DNA of 64,000 nt from Mizuhopecten yessoensis (GCF_002113885.1 NW_018405514.1:280297-344296), one strand, 5' to 3'; shown: positions 1 to 15,559, numbered from the stretch's first letter. The notes: generated by a model not told the origin, from the sequence alone. Program-made: numbers and translations.

Positions 1-100
1 ATCTCCCTATACAATATCCTGTAAACATCTCCCTATACAATATCCTGTAAACATCTCCCTATACAATATCCTGTAAACATCTCCCTATACAATATCCTGT
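1..100. repeat. 26-bp tandem repeat (~4 copies, truncated by the window edge)
   Basis: Unit ATCTCCCTATACAATATCCTGTAAAC. Confidence 0.9.
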
Positions 101-429
101 TTTGTTGATGTATCTGAAATATGTCAAATAGTGATACTGCCTCAAACTGGCAATCTTTCAAATGTGCTTTTATGACACACAACACAATACTGTGTTAAGC
201 GAGCTTTTAATATGCTTTGTCGTCAAACAAACACTACTGAGCTTTCCACAGACATGGTGGCACACGACACAGTGGCACACGACACAGAAGTGAGCATTCA
301 ACAGTCCTTGGGTCACACAACACAATAGTGAATTTTCTAGACATGGTATCACACAATGCACAAGTGAGTTTTCCATATACATTTTGTCAAACAGCACAAT
401 AGTGAACTTTCCACATATGTGGTTTCACA

Positions 430-945
430 CTACACAGTAGTGAGCTTTTCAAATGATACCAAACAACACAATAGTGAGCTTTCCATGTGGTGAAAACAAC
501 ACAATAGTGAGCTTTCCATATGGTGAAAACAACACAATAGTGAGCTTTCCATATGGTGAAAACAACACACTAGTGAGCTTTCCATATGGTGAAAACAACA
601 CACTAGTGAGCTTTCCATATGGTGAAAACAACACACTAGTGAGCTTTCCATATGGTGAAAACAACACACTAGTGAGCTTTCCATATGGTGAAAACAACAC
701 ACTAGTGAGCTTTCCATATGGTGAAAACAACACACTAGTGAGCTTTCCATATGGTGAAAACAACACACTAGTGAGCTTTCCATATGGTGAAAACAACACA
801 CTAGTGAGCTTTCCATATGGTGAAAACAACACACTAGTGAGCTTTCCATATGGTGAAAACAACACACTAGTGAGCTTTCCATATGGTGAAAACAACACAA
901 TAGTGAGCTTTCCATATGGTGAAAACAACACACTAGTGAGATTTC
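430..945. repeat. 33-bp minisatellite (~14-15 near-perfect copies; degenerate copies extend ~170-1110)
   Basis: Unit GAGCTTTCCATATGGTGAAAACAACACACTAGT; explains the repetitive ORFs at 430-1074. Confidence 0.95.
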
Positions 946-2310
946 AACAGTCATGGTGTCACAAAACACACAATGTGCTTTCCAAATACATGGTGTCACA
1001 CAACATATAGGTGAGTTTCCACAAATGGAGCTTTTATATGTCACATAACACCTGAGTGAGCTTTCCAAAGACACCTATTTTTTCCAATTAACACACTAAT
1101 GAATTTTCCAATTGTTGGACGTTGCAAAACAGGCCAAAGATAACGTTATGTTTTATGTGCTACTAATTTGAATGGCTTTTTTTCTATGAGCATTACCTTA
1201 CACCAGGTGAGAGATCCCTACCAAGCTTCCTACTGCTTACAATGGTGAAACCCGACACCCGGATAGGACAAATGTGTGCCCCCCTACTGTATATGCACCA
1301 TTCAATGTGACCACATTCTTCTACATTTTTAATTAGTTTGCACAAATTACTGAACTATTAACAGATAGCCTGATAAGGTTACAAAATACTGTGAATGATT
1401 TGTATCATTTATACATAATCCAGTAAATCATTTATGTTTTGACAAGGTTGACTTTACTTAATGTGTGTATTCCAAGACAGATAAAGCAATATATACAGCA
1501 AATCAACAACACTTGGTGTTTGGAGATAGGCTGTTTGGAGATAGGGTGTTTGGAGATAGGCTGAGCTACCTGTTTCTCCTTTTAAATAACAGACTTCACC
1601 TCACACAAGTCCGCTAATTAACAGAGATGAAGATAAACCTTTCTCTTAGAATATTTCAAGATGTGAGAACAGCATCTCTTATAACTATTCTGGAGGATGT
1701 TGACTCCTATTCAGCTCTATTTGTACAATAAAACAAGATGATATTGCGGTAGAGTTCAGAAATACATGATTATACAGTACACTGCTGAATCATATACAGG
1801 TGAAGAGTAATACTTGTCACCAATAAGCCTACACTGAAATATAATTACTCCCTGCTATATCCTTACAGGTGTCTACCATCTTTCACAGACACTCACCTCA
1901 TATGACCCTGGGCCAAAGGGTCAGCTATTGATTTGTTTTACGCTGATGTGGCAGTGTTTTTACTACCCGCATAAATATCAGAAGGAAAGAACAGTATTTT
2001 TATCATCAGTATCAGACATAATTAGTTTGTGATCTTGTTCATACACTGTCATAGCTTGGAAGCTAAGCACCAGCAGCGAGTTATCAAAAAAGTCCATCCC
2101 TGATCCACCCCTTGATAAACAGGAAGTTGATCGGTGCCATATTTGTCCATTCACAATCATGTCATCAACTCAATACATAGTTGTTAAGGTGCTGTATCCA
2201 CTATGAAATCACATACACGATACCTAATCCAAGGTTATTTTTCATTGATACTCTATTCATGAAAAGTATGATTATGTTAAATGATCAACTTTAAAATACT
2301 AGACAATATA

Positions 2311-2710
2311 TCCTAGCAAAGGTAACCACTGCTTTGATATGTCAACATGGCATAGGTAACCAATGCTTTGATATGTCAACCTAGCACATGTTATCACTGC
2401 TTTGATATGTCAACCTAGCACAGGTAACCAATGCTTTGATATGTCAACCTAGCACATGATATCACTGCTTTGATATGTCAACCTAGCACACGTTATCACT
2501 GCTTTGATATGTTAACCTAGCACATGTTATCACTGCTTTGATATGTCAACCTAGCACACGTTATCACTGCTTTGATATGTCAACCTAGCACAGGTAACCA
2601 TCTCTGTGATGTCATAACTTGGTTATCACATACAACCTACCACAGGTAACCATCTCTGTGATGTCATAACTTGGTTATCACATACAACCTACCACAGGTA
2701 ACCATCTCTG
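2311..2710. repeat. Compound minisatellite: 34-bp unit (~8 copies) then a related 52-bp unit (~2.4 copies)
   Basis: CCTAGCACATGTTATCACTGCTTTGATATGTCAA, then CACAGGTAACCATCTCTGTGATGTCATAACTTGGTTATCACATACAACCTAC. Confidence 0.9.
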
Positions 2711-5700
2711 ATTCGCTAACTAGGGAGTCACACTACCTACACAGTGAAAGGTTATTTTTGTGGAAGGAACGCAAACACATTGTTATTTCATAAGTCCTCC
2801 TTTTCTTTTTCAGTTTTTAAGAGTAATAATGATATATTTAACAAAGCTTCACTATTTAACATCATTTCAATCTACCTGAATGGTGGATTAAATAACAAAA
2901 GGTGATGGAAGAACTTGCCCATTTTAAATGTCAGATCTATGGTTGATTTGTAACACTAGTGGACAGACAGACAACAGTCTACATGTACCATATGTTATCA
3001 GATTACCCTTAAATCTCAAGAAACAATCTGTGGAGAGAGAGAGAGAGCAACCAAAATAAACAGGATGGACAGTAGCTAAATTAGTCATATTTTAATTAAG
3101 ACAGTTGTTCATTTTTTATTTTTTGGTTTAGTGCAAAACAAAGCTAGCAGGTTCACAGACTTTTTTCTTTGGAAGGTGTGTCCTGTACCCTGGATCAAGT
3201 CACACTGTGTGACACGCCACAGCTACTACAGTATAACATGACTTTCATTCATAATTCCTGTGCGATATATGATAGAGGCTGACAACACAATGAGAGGCTG
3301 TTAACCAGTACTTTCGTGACTTTGAACACTACACAATTGAAGTACATGTACTAAATGATTCACTAACAGGGCCAAGTCTACGTCACGCATTCACCTAATT
3401 AGTTAGGGTTCCTTCTATATATTAGGATCATGTCCTGTTGGGGGTAATGTATCCTAGTAGGGTGGGACTCTCACCGCTGGGGGTATGTTCACGTATGTAC
3501 ATGTTTACCTATACAGGAAGTCCATACAGGTATTGACCGCTATCACAGCCTTCATGTATCAAGCTTTACTCAATCCATCACATATACTGACAAAGTTCTT
3601 CATCCTACTTTGTTTATGATTGAAGGTTTTAACAGAACAAGTACATTGTCAATATATAGGATCACCACTGAATAAATCAAATAAAAATACTCATCGTTTC
3701 ATAAGATACTTTTGAAAAGTTAAATTAAATATTTGCTGTTACATGCCATTAAGCTAATAAGCTTCACACACCTGGCTAATCCAGGTAATTCAATCTACTG
3801 CAGGCTGCTCAATTCTGTCTGATCTAGAATTTAAATAATCAAATTATCCAACTGGGTACAGTCAAACTTCTGGAAAAAGTCTGTTGAAACTTAACATTTT
3901 TTTAAAATATATTTCCTATCAAATCAACTCTACTAGCTCCCTTAAATGTAAAACCAGGACCAAATCGCAAGTTGATAGAAAACAACAATTAATTCCATGT
4001 ACATCTATATTAAATATATAAAATATCAGTGCATTGGAATAGTTAAGGTAAAATATATAATAAAGAACCTGAGAAAATCAATTCCTGTATGTTCAACCAA
4101 CTACCTTTAAGTCAGTGGTTAAACCTACCGTTAACATGACTAAGTGGACCTATCTGATATACATATATATCTATGATTTTCTGGCACAGCTACCCAAGCC
4201 TTACAGGAGTAAAGTATACCTGTCACTACCCTGTCTTCTTATTTATATCTCTGAATCATCAGCATAATGCATTAAGTATAATTCTATAAATTAAAAAGTT
4301 CTTTGATCGCATTCCTGTTAAACCGTTTACACCTAAAGGGATCTTATGTATAGAAATCTCTCTGGCCAATTCCTGTGTTGACATAATCTTAATCCTGTAG
4401 GATTTCTACCACACATTTCGTCAATACCTTCTGTTTATATGGCATTACGTAAGCAGCTTACAGGTAGAAGACTTGTACAGGCCTCGACAGGAATGTGGCG
4501 GGTATCTTGTTTGCAGGAGGTACCTGCTGACGTGGTTTACCATTTAAATGCCCTACAATAATATTTCTCACATTCACCTTCATGATACCCAAAACAGGGA
4601 GATTAATTTCAGTATATACTGTATACAGTTCAATATTTTGTAATACAAACGGTTTAGGGAGAGAGTCTCACATCTTTTCTATTGTACACAGGCAACGGAA
4701 GGTAAAATCTATGTTATTTCCTCTGAATTTATACAAAGACAATAGTTGCAGACACTTTTAGGAAGTTTAATCATTTTGAAATTATTTCCAGTAATGTGCT
4801 AAAAAGTATTAAGATAACAAATATAATGACCAGTAGGAAAATAGAAAAGCTCCCTGCTTTATATAATGGAGAAATGGGGGTTGGAATCTCTATAGCAAAA
4901 ATGTTTTTGTGAAAAAGAGTGCTGGGACTCTCTACCTTAACTCCAGGAGTGTCTATGCTGGAATATTGAACTTGAACCTGGTGACCTACACTATGCATTA
5001 TGTAGCTGTAGCTCATATGTGACATAACGGTGATGCTGATGAATAGACAATTACTATATACATATTTTTTTTCATGTCAACACATGAAAATATAGCATTT
5101 TACAAACACAAGTAAATAATTCCTTTTGTAAATGTCCAAGGTATATATGTACAATGTCATATTTAAGGATGACTAAAAAGTATCTTTAAAATATACATAT
5201 TCCTGCTGCACGTGGATGGAAATGGAGCTTAACACAAAGTCAGTGGAGGAAAATAAAGGTCACAGTGACCTAGATTTGATATCTTGATATAGTACTTATG
5301 ATGTATCTAAATATGAAGATTGATGACTGTTGGACTTATACCAGGTAGTTGTAGAGAGCTGGAGCTAAATGCAGCAAAGTGCAATCAAAGTCAGTGAAGT
5401 GTAAAAAGTTCAGGTCACAGTGACCTGTATTTGATATACTGCTGTAATGTAGTTTGATGACAGTTGGCTTTATAGTACACTGTATTACATTAAAGCTGGG
5501 CATCCAGATGGAGATATCAACAGTCACAGGTATACAAAAACACATGTACGACACAAGCACACCTGCAGTATATACGACACATTTTCTTTATATGTCGTCC
5601 AGGAGTCCAGGCCACCAGCAAACCAGTTTCAATCTCAGACAAAAATTCTAAACCTTTTTTCTTTTCGTGACTATCTGTATACTATCCCGGATCTTTTTAT

Positions 5701-6259
5701 CTGATTCTGTAAAGGTTTAATCATGTTATTACTCATCAATATTTCATACCATATTTACCAATTCATCAAAACACTGGGGTGGGTGTCACTTATTAAACCC
5801 ATCCCGTGTATGACAACCTGTTGTCGTTCTAGTAAGCACAAGCACATTTATTTACAATTGTCATGCAACTTATGTTACCTCAATCAATATAAAATATTGA
5901 ATTATTCTAATCAACTGCAGAATTTTGTAGTCTGGTACCTGTAGACTTAATTAAAATTCCCTCAACAGGGGGTATATAAAACCGCCACCTCCCTCCACTT
6001 CCTGCACAGCGAGATAAGGTATGAGCTATAAATATTTATAGACAGGTAAAGTAATACAATTTCAACTTGAAAGATAAAACTGTGGATATAAGTATTTTGT
6101 AAACACCAATATATGTCTAAGTTATCAATTAAATACCAGAAAATTGAGTCGATGTCCTCATAAAAGCTTGGTCAACCCTATTTGCTGACAACCAAAGTAA
6201 AGGAATTTGACACTGTAGTCCAATGACGTATGGATTCTGTACAAGAGAAGTTAAAAAGT

Positions 6260-9200
6260 AAGAGTCTATGCAATTTTCGTACAGCCCTACAATCTTGCTA
6301 AGTAAGGTGTCTATACAGGCCTGGTCCAGCCCTACAGTCTCACTAAGTAAGGTGTCTATACAGGCCTGGTCTGGCCCTACAGTCTGACTAAGTAAGGTGT
6401 CTACAATCTTGCTAAGTAAGGTGTCTATACAGGCCTGGTCTGGTCCTACAGTCTGACTAAGTAAGGAGTCTATACAGGCCTGGTCTGGTCCTACAGTCTG
6501 ACTAAGTAAGGTGTCTATACAGGCCTGGTCTAGCCCTACAGTCTGACTAAGTAAGGTGTCTATACAAGCCTGGTCTGGCCCTACAGTCTGACTAAGTAAG
6601 GTGTCTATACAAGCCTGGTCTGGCCCTACAGTCTGACTAAGTAAGGTGTCTACAATCTTGCTAAGTAAGGTGTCTATACAGGCCTGGTCCAGCCCTACAG
6701 TCTCACTAAGTAAGGTGTCTATACAGGCCTGGTCTGGCCCTGCAGTCTGACTTAGTAAGGTGCCTATACAGACCTGGTCCAGCCCTACAGTCTGACTTAG
6801 TAAGGTGTCTATACAGACCTGGTCCGGCCCTACAGTCTGACTAAGTAAGGTGTCTATACAAGCCTGGTCTGGCCCTACAGTCTGACTAAGTAAGGAGTCT
6901 ATACAGGCCTGGTCTGGTCCTACAGTCTGACTAAGTAAGGAGTCTTTACAGGCCTGGTCCAGCCCTACAGTCTGACTATGTAAGGTGTCTATACAAGCCT
7001 GGTCTGGCCCTGCAGTCTGACTTAGTAAGGTGTCTATACAGACCTGGTCCAGCCCTACAGTCTGACTAAGTAAGGTGTCTATACAAGCCTGGTCTGGCAC
7101 TACAGTCTGACTAAGTAAGGTGTCTATATATGCCTGGTCTGGTCCTACAGTCTCACTAAGTAAGGTGTCTATACAAGCCTGGTCTGGCACTACAGTCTGA
7201 CTAAGTAAGGTGTCTATACAGGCCTGGTCTTGCCCTACAGTCTGACTAAGTAAGGTGTCTATATACAAGCCTGGTCTGGCACTACAGTCTGACTAAGTAA
7301 GGTGTCTATACAGGCCTGGTCCAGCCCTACAGTCTGACTATGTAAGGTGTCTATACAAGCCTGGGCTGGCCCTGCAGTCTGACTTAGTAAGGTGTCTATA
7401 CAGACCTGGTCCGGCCCTACAGTCTGACTAAGTAAGGAGTCTATACAGGCCTTGGCTGGCCCTACAGTCTGACTTAGTAAGGTGTCTATACAGGCCTGGT
7501 CCAGCCCTACAGTCTCACTAAGTAAGGTCTCTATACAGGCCTGGTCTGGTCCTAGAGTCTGACTAAGTAAGGTGTCTATACAGGCCTGGTCCAGCCCTAC
7601 AGACTCACTAAGTAAGGTCTCTATACAGGCCTGGTCTGGTCCTAGAGTCTGACTAAGTAAGGTGTCTATACAGGCCTGGTCCAGCCCTACAGTCTGACTA
7701 TGTAAGGTGTCTATACAAGCCTGGGCTGGCCCTGCAGTCTGACTTAGTAAGGTGTCTATACAGGCCTGGTCCAGCCCTACAGTCTGACTATGTAAGGTGT
7801 CTATACAAGCCTGGTCTGGCACTACAGTCTGACTAAGTAAGGTGTCTATATACAAGCCTGGTCTGGCACTACAGTCTGACTAAGTAAGGAGTCTATACAG
7901 GCCTGGTCTGGGCCTACAGTCTGACTAAGGAAGGGGGCTTTACAGGCCTGGTCCAGCCCTACAGTCTGACTATGTAAGGTGTCTATACAAGCCTGGGCTG
8001 GCCCTGCAGTCTGACTTAGTAAGGTGTCTATACAGGCCTGGTCCAGCCCTACAGTCTCACTAAGTATGGTCTCTATACAGGCCTGGTCTGGTCCTACAGT
8101 CTGACTAAGTAAGGAGCCTATACAGGCCTGGTCTGGTCCTACAGTCTGACTAAGTAAGGAGCCTATACAGGCCTGGTCTGGTCCTACAGTCTGACTAAGC
8201 AAGGAGTCTATACAGGCCTGGGCTGGTCCTACAGTCTGACTAAGTAAGGAGTCTATACAGGCCTGGTATGGTCCTACAGTCTGACTAAGTAAGGAGTCTA
8301 TACAGGCCTGGTCTGGGCCTACAGTCTGACTAAGTAAGGAGTCTATACAGGCCTGGTCTGGTCCTACAGTCTCATTAAGTAAGGAGTCTATAAAGGCCTG
8401 GTCCAGCCCTACAATCTTGCTTAGTAAGGAGTCTATACAAGCCTGGTCTGGCACTACAGTCTGACTAAGTAAGGTGTCTATATACAAGCCTGGTCTGGCA
8501 CTACAGTCTGACTAAGTAAGGAGTCTATACAGGCCTGGTATGGTCCTACAGTCTGACTAAGTAAGGAGTCTTTACAGGCCTGGTCCAGCCCTACAGTCTG
8601 ACTATGTAAGGTGTCTATACAAGCCTGGGCTGGCCCTGCAGTCTGACTTAGTAAGGTGTCTATACAGACCTGGTCCGGCCCTACAGTCTGACTAAGTAAG
8701 GAGTCTATACAGGCCTGGTCTGGGCCTACAGTCTGACTAAGTAAGGAGTCTATACAGGCCTGGTCTTGTCCTACAGTCTGACTAAGTAAGGAGTCTATAC
8801 AGGCCTGGTCTGGACTAATTAAGAAGTCTTTACGGGCCTGGTCTGGCCCTACAGTCTGACTAAGTAAGGAGTCTATACAAGCCTGGTCTGGCACTACAGT
8901 CTGACTTCTGACTAAGTAAGGAGTCTTTACAGGCCTGGTCTGGCCCTAAAGTCTGACTAAGTAAGGTGTCTTTACAGGCCTGGTCCAGCCCTACAGGCTG
9001 ACTAAGTAAGTTGTCTATACAGGCCTGGGCTGGTCCTACAGTCTGACTAAGCAAGGAGGCTATACAGGCCTGGTCTGGTCCTACAGTCTGACTAAGGAAG
9101 GTGTCTATACAGGCCTGGTCTTTCTCTACAGTCTGACTAAGTAAGGGGGCTATACAGGCCTGGTCTGGTCCTACAGTCTCACTAAGTAATGTGTCTATAC

Positions 9201-9885
9201 AAGCCTGGTCTGGTCCTACAGTCTGACTAAGGAAGGTGTCTATACAGGCCTGGTCTTGTCCTACAGTCTGACTAAGTAAGGAGTCTTTACAGGCCTGGTC
9301 TGGCCCTACAGCCTGACTAAGTAAGGTGTCTATATACAAGCCTGGTCTGGCACTACAGTCTGACTTCTGACTAAGTAAGGAGTCTTTACAGGCCTGGTCC
9401 AGCCCTACAGTCTGACTAAGTAAGGTCTCTATACAGGCCTGGTCTGGCACCCAGGTATATATAATATTCATTTAAGAGTTGATTTACAATGGATCCTAGC
9501 TGTATCATAGCAGACCTCATCAACGGGATAATATACATATAAGGTGTCTATACAGGCCTGGTCTGGGCATACAGTCTGAATAAGTAAGGAGTCTATACAG
9601 GGCTGGTCTGGTCCTACAGTCTGACTAAGGAAGGTGTCTATACAGGCCTGGTCTTACTCTACAGTCTGACTAAGTAAGGCGTCTATACAGGCCTGGTCTT
9701 GTCCTACAGTCTGACTAAGTAAGGTCTCTATACAGGCCTGGTCTGGCCCTAAAGTCTGACTAAGTAAGGTGTCGATACAGGCCTGGTCTGGCCCTACAGC
9801 CTGACTAAGTAAGGTGTCTATACAGGCCTGGTCTTACCCTACAGTCTGACTAAGTAAGGTGTCTATACAGGCCTGGTCCAGTCCT
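6260..9885. repeat. 45-bp minisatellite, ~3.6 kb (~75-80 copies)
   Basis: Unit GTCTATACAGGCCTGGTCTGGCCCTACAGTCTGACTAAGTAAGGT; interrupted at 9448-9542 by a copy of nearby unique DNA. Confidence 0.97.
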
Positions 9886-12299
9886 ATTATATGATTGATT
9901 TAGGTAGTCTATACCAATCAATACTATAATTACATTCAAGAAGAACACCGATAAACATCCCTGATTAATATATCAATAAAATCAAACAATGATCCACTGG
10001 TATTCAGCTCTACACTGCTATACAGTATAGCCGTTCTTTATGGAGAGCATTATATTTTGTTAGTGACCTGTACCATCTTTCTTCCTCTCAATGACGGAAG
10101 CCTATTCAATTATGTTTATCAGAGATATCATCTACGGCCTGTGTGACCAATGTACAATGCTTCCAAATTTATATCACAAATACATCCTGTGGTGTAAATT
10201 ATATACAATAATGCACAACTTCAATACCCTTTTGTACACCCAGGTATATATAATATTCATTTAAGAGTTGATTTACAATGGATCCTAGCTGTATCATAGC
10301 AGACCTCATCAACGGGATAATATACATATAAATTAAATATTTGAAAAAAAATATATTCTAATATAAGATTTACAACAATTTTAAGTTTTATTGACTTAGG
10401 AACAAGACGACATATATTTTGTTTGTTATTCGATGAAATAATAATATTGTGTGTACATATTAATAAGAACATAATAAAATGAACATAATTACAGGAGAGA
10501 AAATTTATAAATATATATAATACATAGTTAAAAAAACAATGAATCCCTACACTGTCAACAACTCAATCTTGATACTACTGTTCACGGACCATTTTCATTT
10601 CCCCTCTTTTAATTTGTCACGTAGCGGTAGTTTGTTATTGAACACACACCTACGAGGACATTACAAACTAATGGAATATTTAACACTGACATGGCTGACT
10701 GGTTAATGTCAAAGTACACTCCCCAGTCACAGGTGACTACACAGGTAGCCATGTGGTACCTTTAACATGGAAGTCATTCAAACCCGACGTTTGGTGAAAT
10801 TATTTCTCACCGTAACAGGCTGGACATTGAAATGGTTTTTAAACAGTGTCCCCTTTAGTGACGTGTATATTTTCAATTTTATTTATTGGATTACATTATT
10901 CCCAGGCACAATAACCTAACGGCAAAGTTAATTGTTATTAGAAGGTTCAACCATACCTAATATTTGTATTTGAGTGGAAGCAACAGGTAACAGGAGAGCT
11001 AACCTGTGATCTTCTAATATAAAGGAATCAGTCCCATTCACTATTATATAGATCAAATACAGTACAGCCATCAAGAAATACAAATAAGAATACCTTTAGT
11101 AGATAAGTAAGGGGATGAAAGACATGATTATGCCATCCGTTTAAAAACCACGTTATCAAGAAATCAAAACAATTGATTACATCAGACTGAAATCCCCTTT
11201 TCATGGATTGAAGAACATTTTCTTTTTTTCCTTGTGACAGGCTCACAAACATTTGTAAATCCATATCATGCATCCTACAGCTTTACACCCCTGTTAATAC
11301 ACAGGACAGTACTAGTGAAGGACCCCTGGACTGCAACAAAACATCTGTCAAACATTGTCCCCAGTATATAAAGCACACAGAACAGATACTGTATGGCCAA
11401 TCATATGACAATTTTCCTTAAATACATTTTATTAACGGTTATAAGTTGTGGATTTTTGATGTGATGAATATGTTTCATAATTTAATAATGTTATCACATT
11501 GCGAATAGAAAATATACATCAATGTATTAGAGGATCTTAAAGAAGAGCATATTGGACAAGATCATTTGGAAACAAGTTTTAGCAAGTTTTATGGAATTTA
11601 GATGATATGTAAATGACCTTTTATTTCAATAACATGAACTGCACTGAACTTTGTAGCATCAAACTGAAAAAATAAAATAAACAATACCTTTGTTTTTGCT
11701 GTGGCCATGAATTAGTGATGTCACAATAAGCTGGTATCTAATTTGTCATTTTAGAAATGATCAAACTGCAAAAAACAAAATGACCTTTCCATCACATGAC
11801 ATAAACAACTTGACATATTGTAATAACACATGAAATACATAAGACATACCAGCATGACAACAGATGTACAGGTGTGTATGCTGCAATTAATTTCTCCTGT
11901 GTTAACCAAGTGTGTAATTCTCCTCATCAACATTGTCTATGTACATGAAAATGTTCCTCATCACCTCACTGCTTACATCTGTTGCTTTATAGACTTAGGA
12001 TGTGTCTTTATTTTGTTCTGGCTAAGATATTCACAGTAACTTTGTGGAATCAACAGGACATACATACAAGCAGCAGCTAGCTCCATCTTGGTTTTCTGTG
12101 GCTATCTTAGCCTATCAATATTAAAATGTATAGATACCGACTTCCTGTTAGGAGTTTATTTGGTAATATTCTTGATACTGAAGTTGTTTTGATGGTTGGA
12201 TATGCACCAGACATTGACTACCTGTTTTGGAGGGTTGTTTGAATATACTGACCTTATGTTTTGATGGGTTGTTTATCAAATATGGACTTCCTGTTTTGA

Positions 12300-13240
12300 G
12301 ATATTGACGAGATATTAACCTCATGTTTAGATATTGACCTCATGTTTCGATATTGACCTCATGTTTAGATATTAGATATTAACCTCATGTTTAAGATATT
12401 GACCTCATGTTTAGATATTAGATATTAACCTCATGTTTAGATAATAACCTCAAGTTGAGATATTAACCTCATGTTTCGATATTGACCTCATGTTTAGATA
12501 TTCACCTCATGTTTAGATATTGACCTCATTTTTAGATATTAACCTCATGTTTAGATATTGTCCTAATGTTTAGATATTCACTTCATGTTTAGATATTGAC
12601 CTCATGTTGATATATTGACCTCATGTTGAGATATTAACCTGATGTTCAGATATTAACCTCATGTTGAGATATTGACCTCTGAGATATTGACCTCATGTTG
12701 AGATATTAACCTGATGTTTAGATATTAACCTCATGTTGAGATGTTGACCTCTGAGATATTGACCTCATCTTTAGATATTAACCTCATGTTTAGATATTGT
12801 CCTAATGTTTAGATATTCACTTCATGTTTAGATATTGACCTCATGTTGATATATTGGCCTCATGTTGAGATATTACCCTCATGTTTAGATATTGACCTCA
12901 TGTTTCGATATTGACCTCATGTTTAGATATTGACTTCATGTTTAGATATTAACCTCATGTTTAGATAATAACCTCAAGTTGAGATATTAACCTCATGTTT
13001 CGATATTGACCTCATGTTTAGATATTAGATATTAACCTCATGTTTAGATATTAACCTTAAGTTGAGATATTAACCTCATGTTTAGATATTGTCCTAATGT
13101 TTAGATATTCACTTCATGTTTAGATATTGACCTCATGTTTGGATATTGACCTCATGTTTAGATATTGACCTCATGTTTAGATATTAGATATTAACCTCAT
13201 GTTTAAGATATTGACTTCATGTTTAGATATTGACTTTCTG
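12300..13240. repeat. 19-bp minisatellite (~48 copies)
   Basis: Unit GATATTGACCTCATGTTTA with variants. Confidence 0.95.
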
Positions 13241-15203
13241 TTTTTAGCTGTTGGTGGTTCTCAACATATGCTGTATATCGACCACTTTAAAAATATATAA
13301 AGATTTTTTTTTTTATCTTTTAAATTATATTTTTAATTTCCTGTATCATGCTTTGATACCCGACAGACAACAATATCCTATGTGCCTTGTCTGACATCTG
13401 ATATTTTCATCCCACCTTATGTGCAGTCACTTGACCTTGATGATAGAAAAGCTGCTGCCAGGCACATTTACCTGTCCACAATAAAGACTCCCATCCTTGA
13501 TAGCTAATGATGATGGATCCTTTAGATGTGTGTTCATCATATATTGATCCAGTATAATGGTATATTTTAAGAAGCCAATTGCCACAGGCCAAGACAAACA
13601 TACAGCATAAAGCACTAACAACTAGTACCTACACTATACTGTCTGTCCAAGATCTGTACAGTGTTTGTCACAACTAAAGATTATTTATGGGCTTTTCAGT
13701 CAGAAGTGATGTAGATCTTATTAATCTCTAGTGGTGATTTATAAAGAATCGTCTTTTAAAATCATATTTGAGTTTACAGTACACTGTCAGAATGAACAGT
13801 AGCATCAATATAATTTTTCTTTTCAAATTTGTTACTCAAATGAAAAAGGCAGGTCATCAATGAAGTTTAATGCAAATTTACTTGAAAATCAGTTGTTCTC
13901 ATTCAAAATTTGTACATAAATTGACTGCTCCACTAAGCCAAGACTATCAATGCTATGTAAACATTTGTGGGTGCTGATGTATGGTGCTGACCCAGTCCAG
14001 TCAGCAATATAGGTGGGCCACTGGTGGGGGAGGCCATATATAGCCCATCTACATACCTGTAGGAATGACCTTGGTGTGTGTGACCCAATGTGTACACATA
14101 TATCGTATGTATATAGGTACCCTATGAGGTTACCGATCAGGACTGGTTTACTTATATAGCTTTACCTGTACATTAATCTTTAAAAATGTCTGCTTATTCA
14201 AATATCCAATATTTGCTGACCACTTGTGAATGGCATGTTCCCCTGATGGGTTCAATACTTTTGCACTGAGTGGATTTTAATGGTCATTTACACCAACAAA
14301 GGTTTAAACTTGAAAAGTCTTTCTGGAATTTCTATTAGTGGACGTTGAAGCAGCTGCCAATGTATTGTAGCCACAGGTAGATTACTATTTTACATACGAT
14401 AATATTTGACCAAGTGATATATTTTTCCGTGTGAATCAGAAAGATCCATCAGACTCAAAATATTTATAGACTTAATGCATTAGGGATATAAAAATAAGCA
14501 ATGTCCTTAAATATTTTCTTACATTAAAATGTCTACATCTTTGAGCTAATGTGACACAGCAAAATATTTTTTCCAATCGATATACTGGTATACAAATAAA
14601 GACAGTGTATATATACATTATATTTTGGTATTATGACTGTGACACTCATATTACCAAAATATAATGTACAAGGGTACACATAAAACAGTTACAAGAATCA
14701 ATAAATTGGCTTCCAAAATAACATGACCAACTCCTCAGTGGATCATAAAAGCCTTGTAATGATGCAATTACAATTTCACTGGTCTGTCAAAACCTGTCCA
14801 TTTAAAATTTAAAACCAACCCTGACATTGCTGATCTGTGCCTTCTATCAACTCTACTATGTATTGACTGTAACTGGTAATTAAACAGTAAAACGATTACC
14901 GGTAATTTAACAGACTTAAATAATTTGATCAGCAATAAGTGAACATTACAGTCCTTCATAATAACCTAACGTACCGTGAATAGAATTTAAGCACTTGTGA
15001 ATCTTTTTCTCCCCTTGAAAAAATATCCTAGATATCGGATGATAACAATTATTTACTGAATCTTTCATGTTCAATATCCAAAAGTCAGCTTCAAATGATA
15101 GGGTACAGAATGTCTTTTACATAAATCCTGGTATCTGGAAACCTATGTTAACCAGATCTTCACCCTGTAACACAAATCCTACGGTACATATTTCTATGTT
15201 AAA

Positions 15204-15559
15204 GGAGGCACGGTAGTCTAGTGGTAGGATGCCGGGCTTGTGACTGAAGGGTTGCGGATTAAAGTCACGGCATGGCACGGCACTGTGTTGTATCTTTGAG
15301 CAAGATACTTTACTCCGCTTGTTCCAGTCTATTCAGCTGTAAATGCTTATGTGATTGGGCAGTGCTAGAATTGTCGAATGCTAGCTGTAAGCGCCGAAAT
15401 GGCATCACCGGCTGTACACTCCCCAGGGAGTTGAGAAAGATATTGGCTGGTTGCAAGGTCTTATAACCACAGATAATAATTTGTGAACTGATTAAAGACG
15501 ACCTACGAACAAGGTTGTGATAAAGCGGTATATAAGAACCTCAAATTATTATTATTATT
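15204..15559 (+). mobile_element. tRNA-derived SINE, CORE-like
   Basis: A-box-like TAGTCTAGTGG, degenerate B box, CORE-like TGTTGTATCTTTGAGCAAGATACTTTAC, and a LINE-like 3' end GCGGTATATAAGAACC followed by an (ATT)n tail. Confidence 0.75.

Noticed and set aside
430-1074. Overlapping repetitive ORFs on both strands
   Set aside because: 33-bp minisatellite; open in several frames, so not evidence of coding.
6129-9471. Chain of long minus-strand ORFs (up to 379 aa) with a 15-aa repeat
   Set aside because: They are translations of a 45-bp minisatellite lacking stops in one frame, broken by 2-bp and 7-bp indels, with no unique domain or gene context.
15204-15275. tRNA-like sequence
   Set aside because: Degenerate SINE head; no complete cloverleaf.
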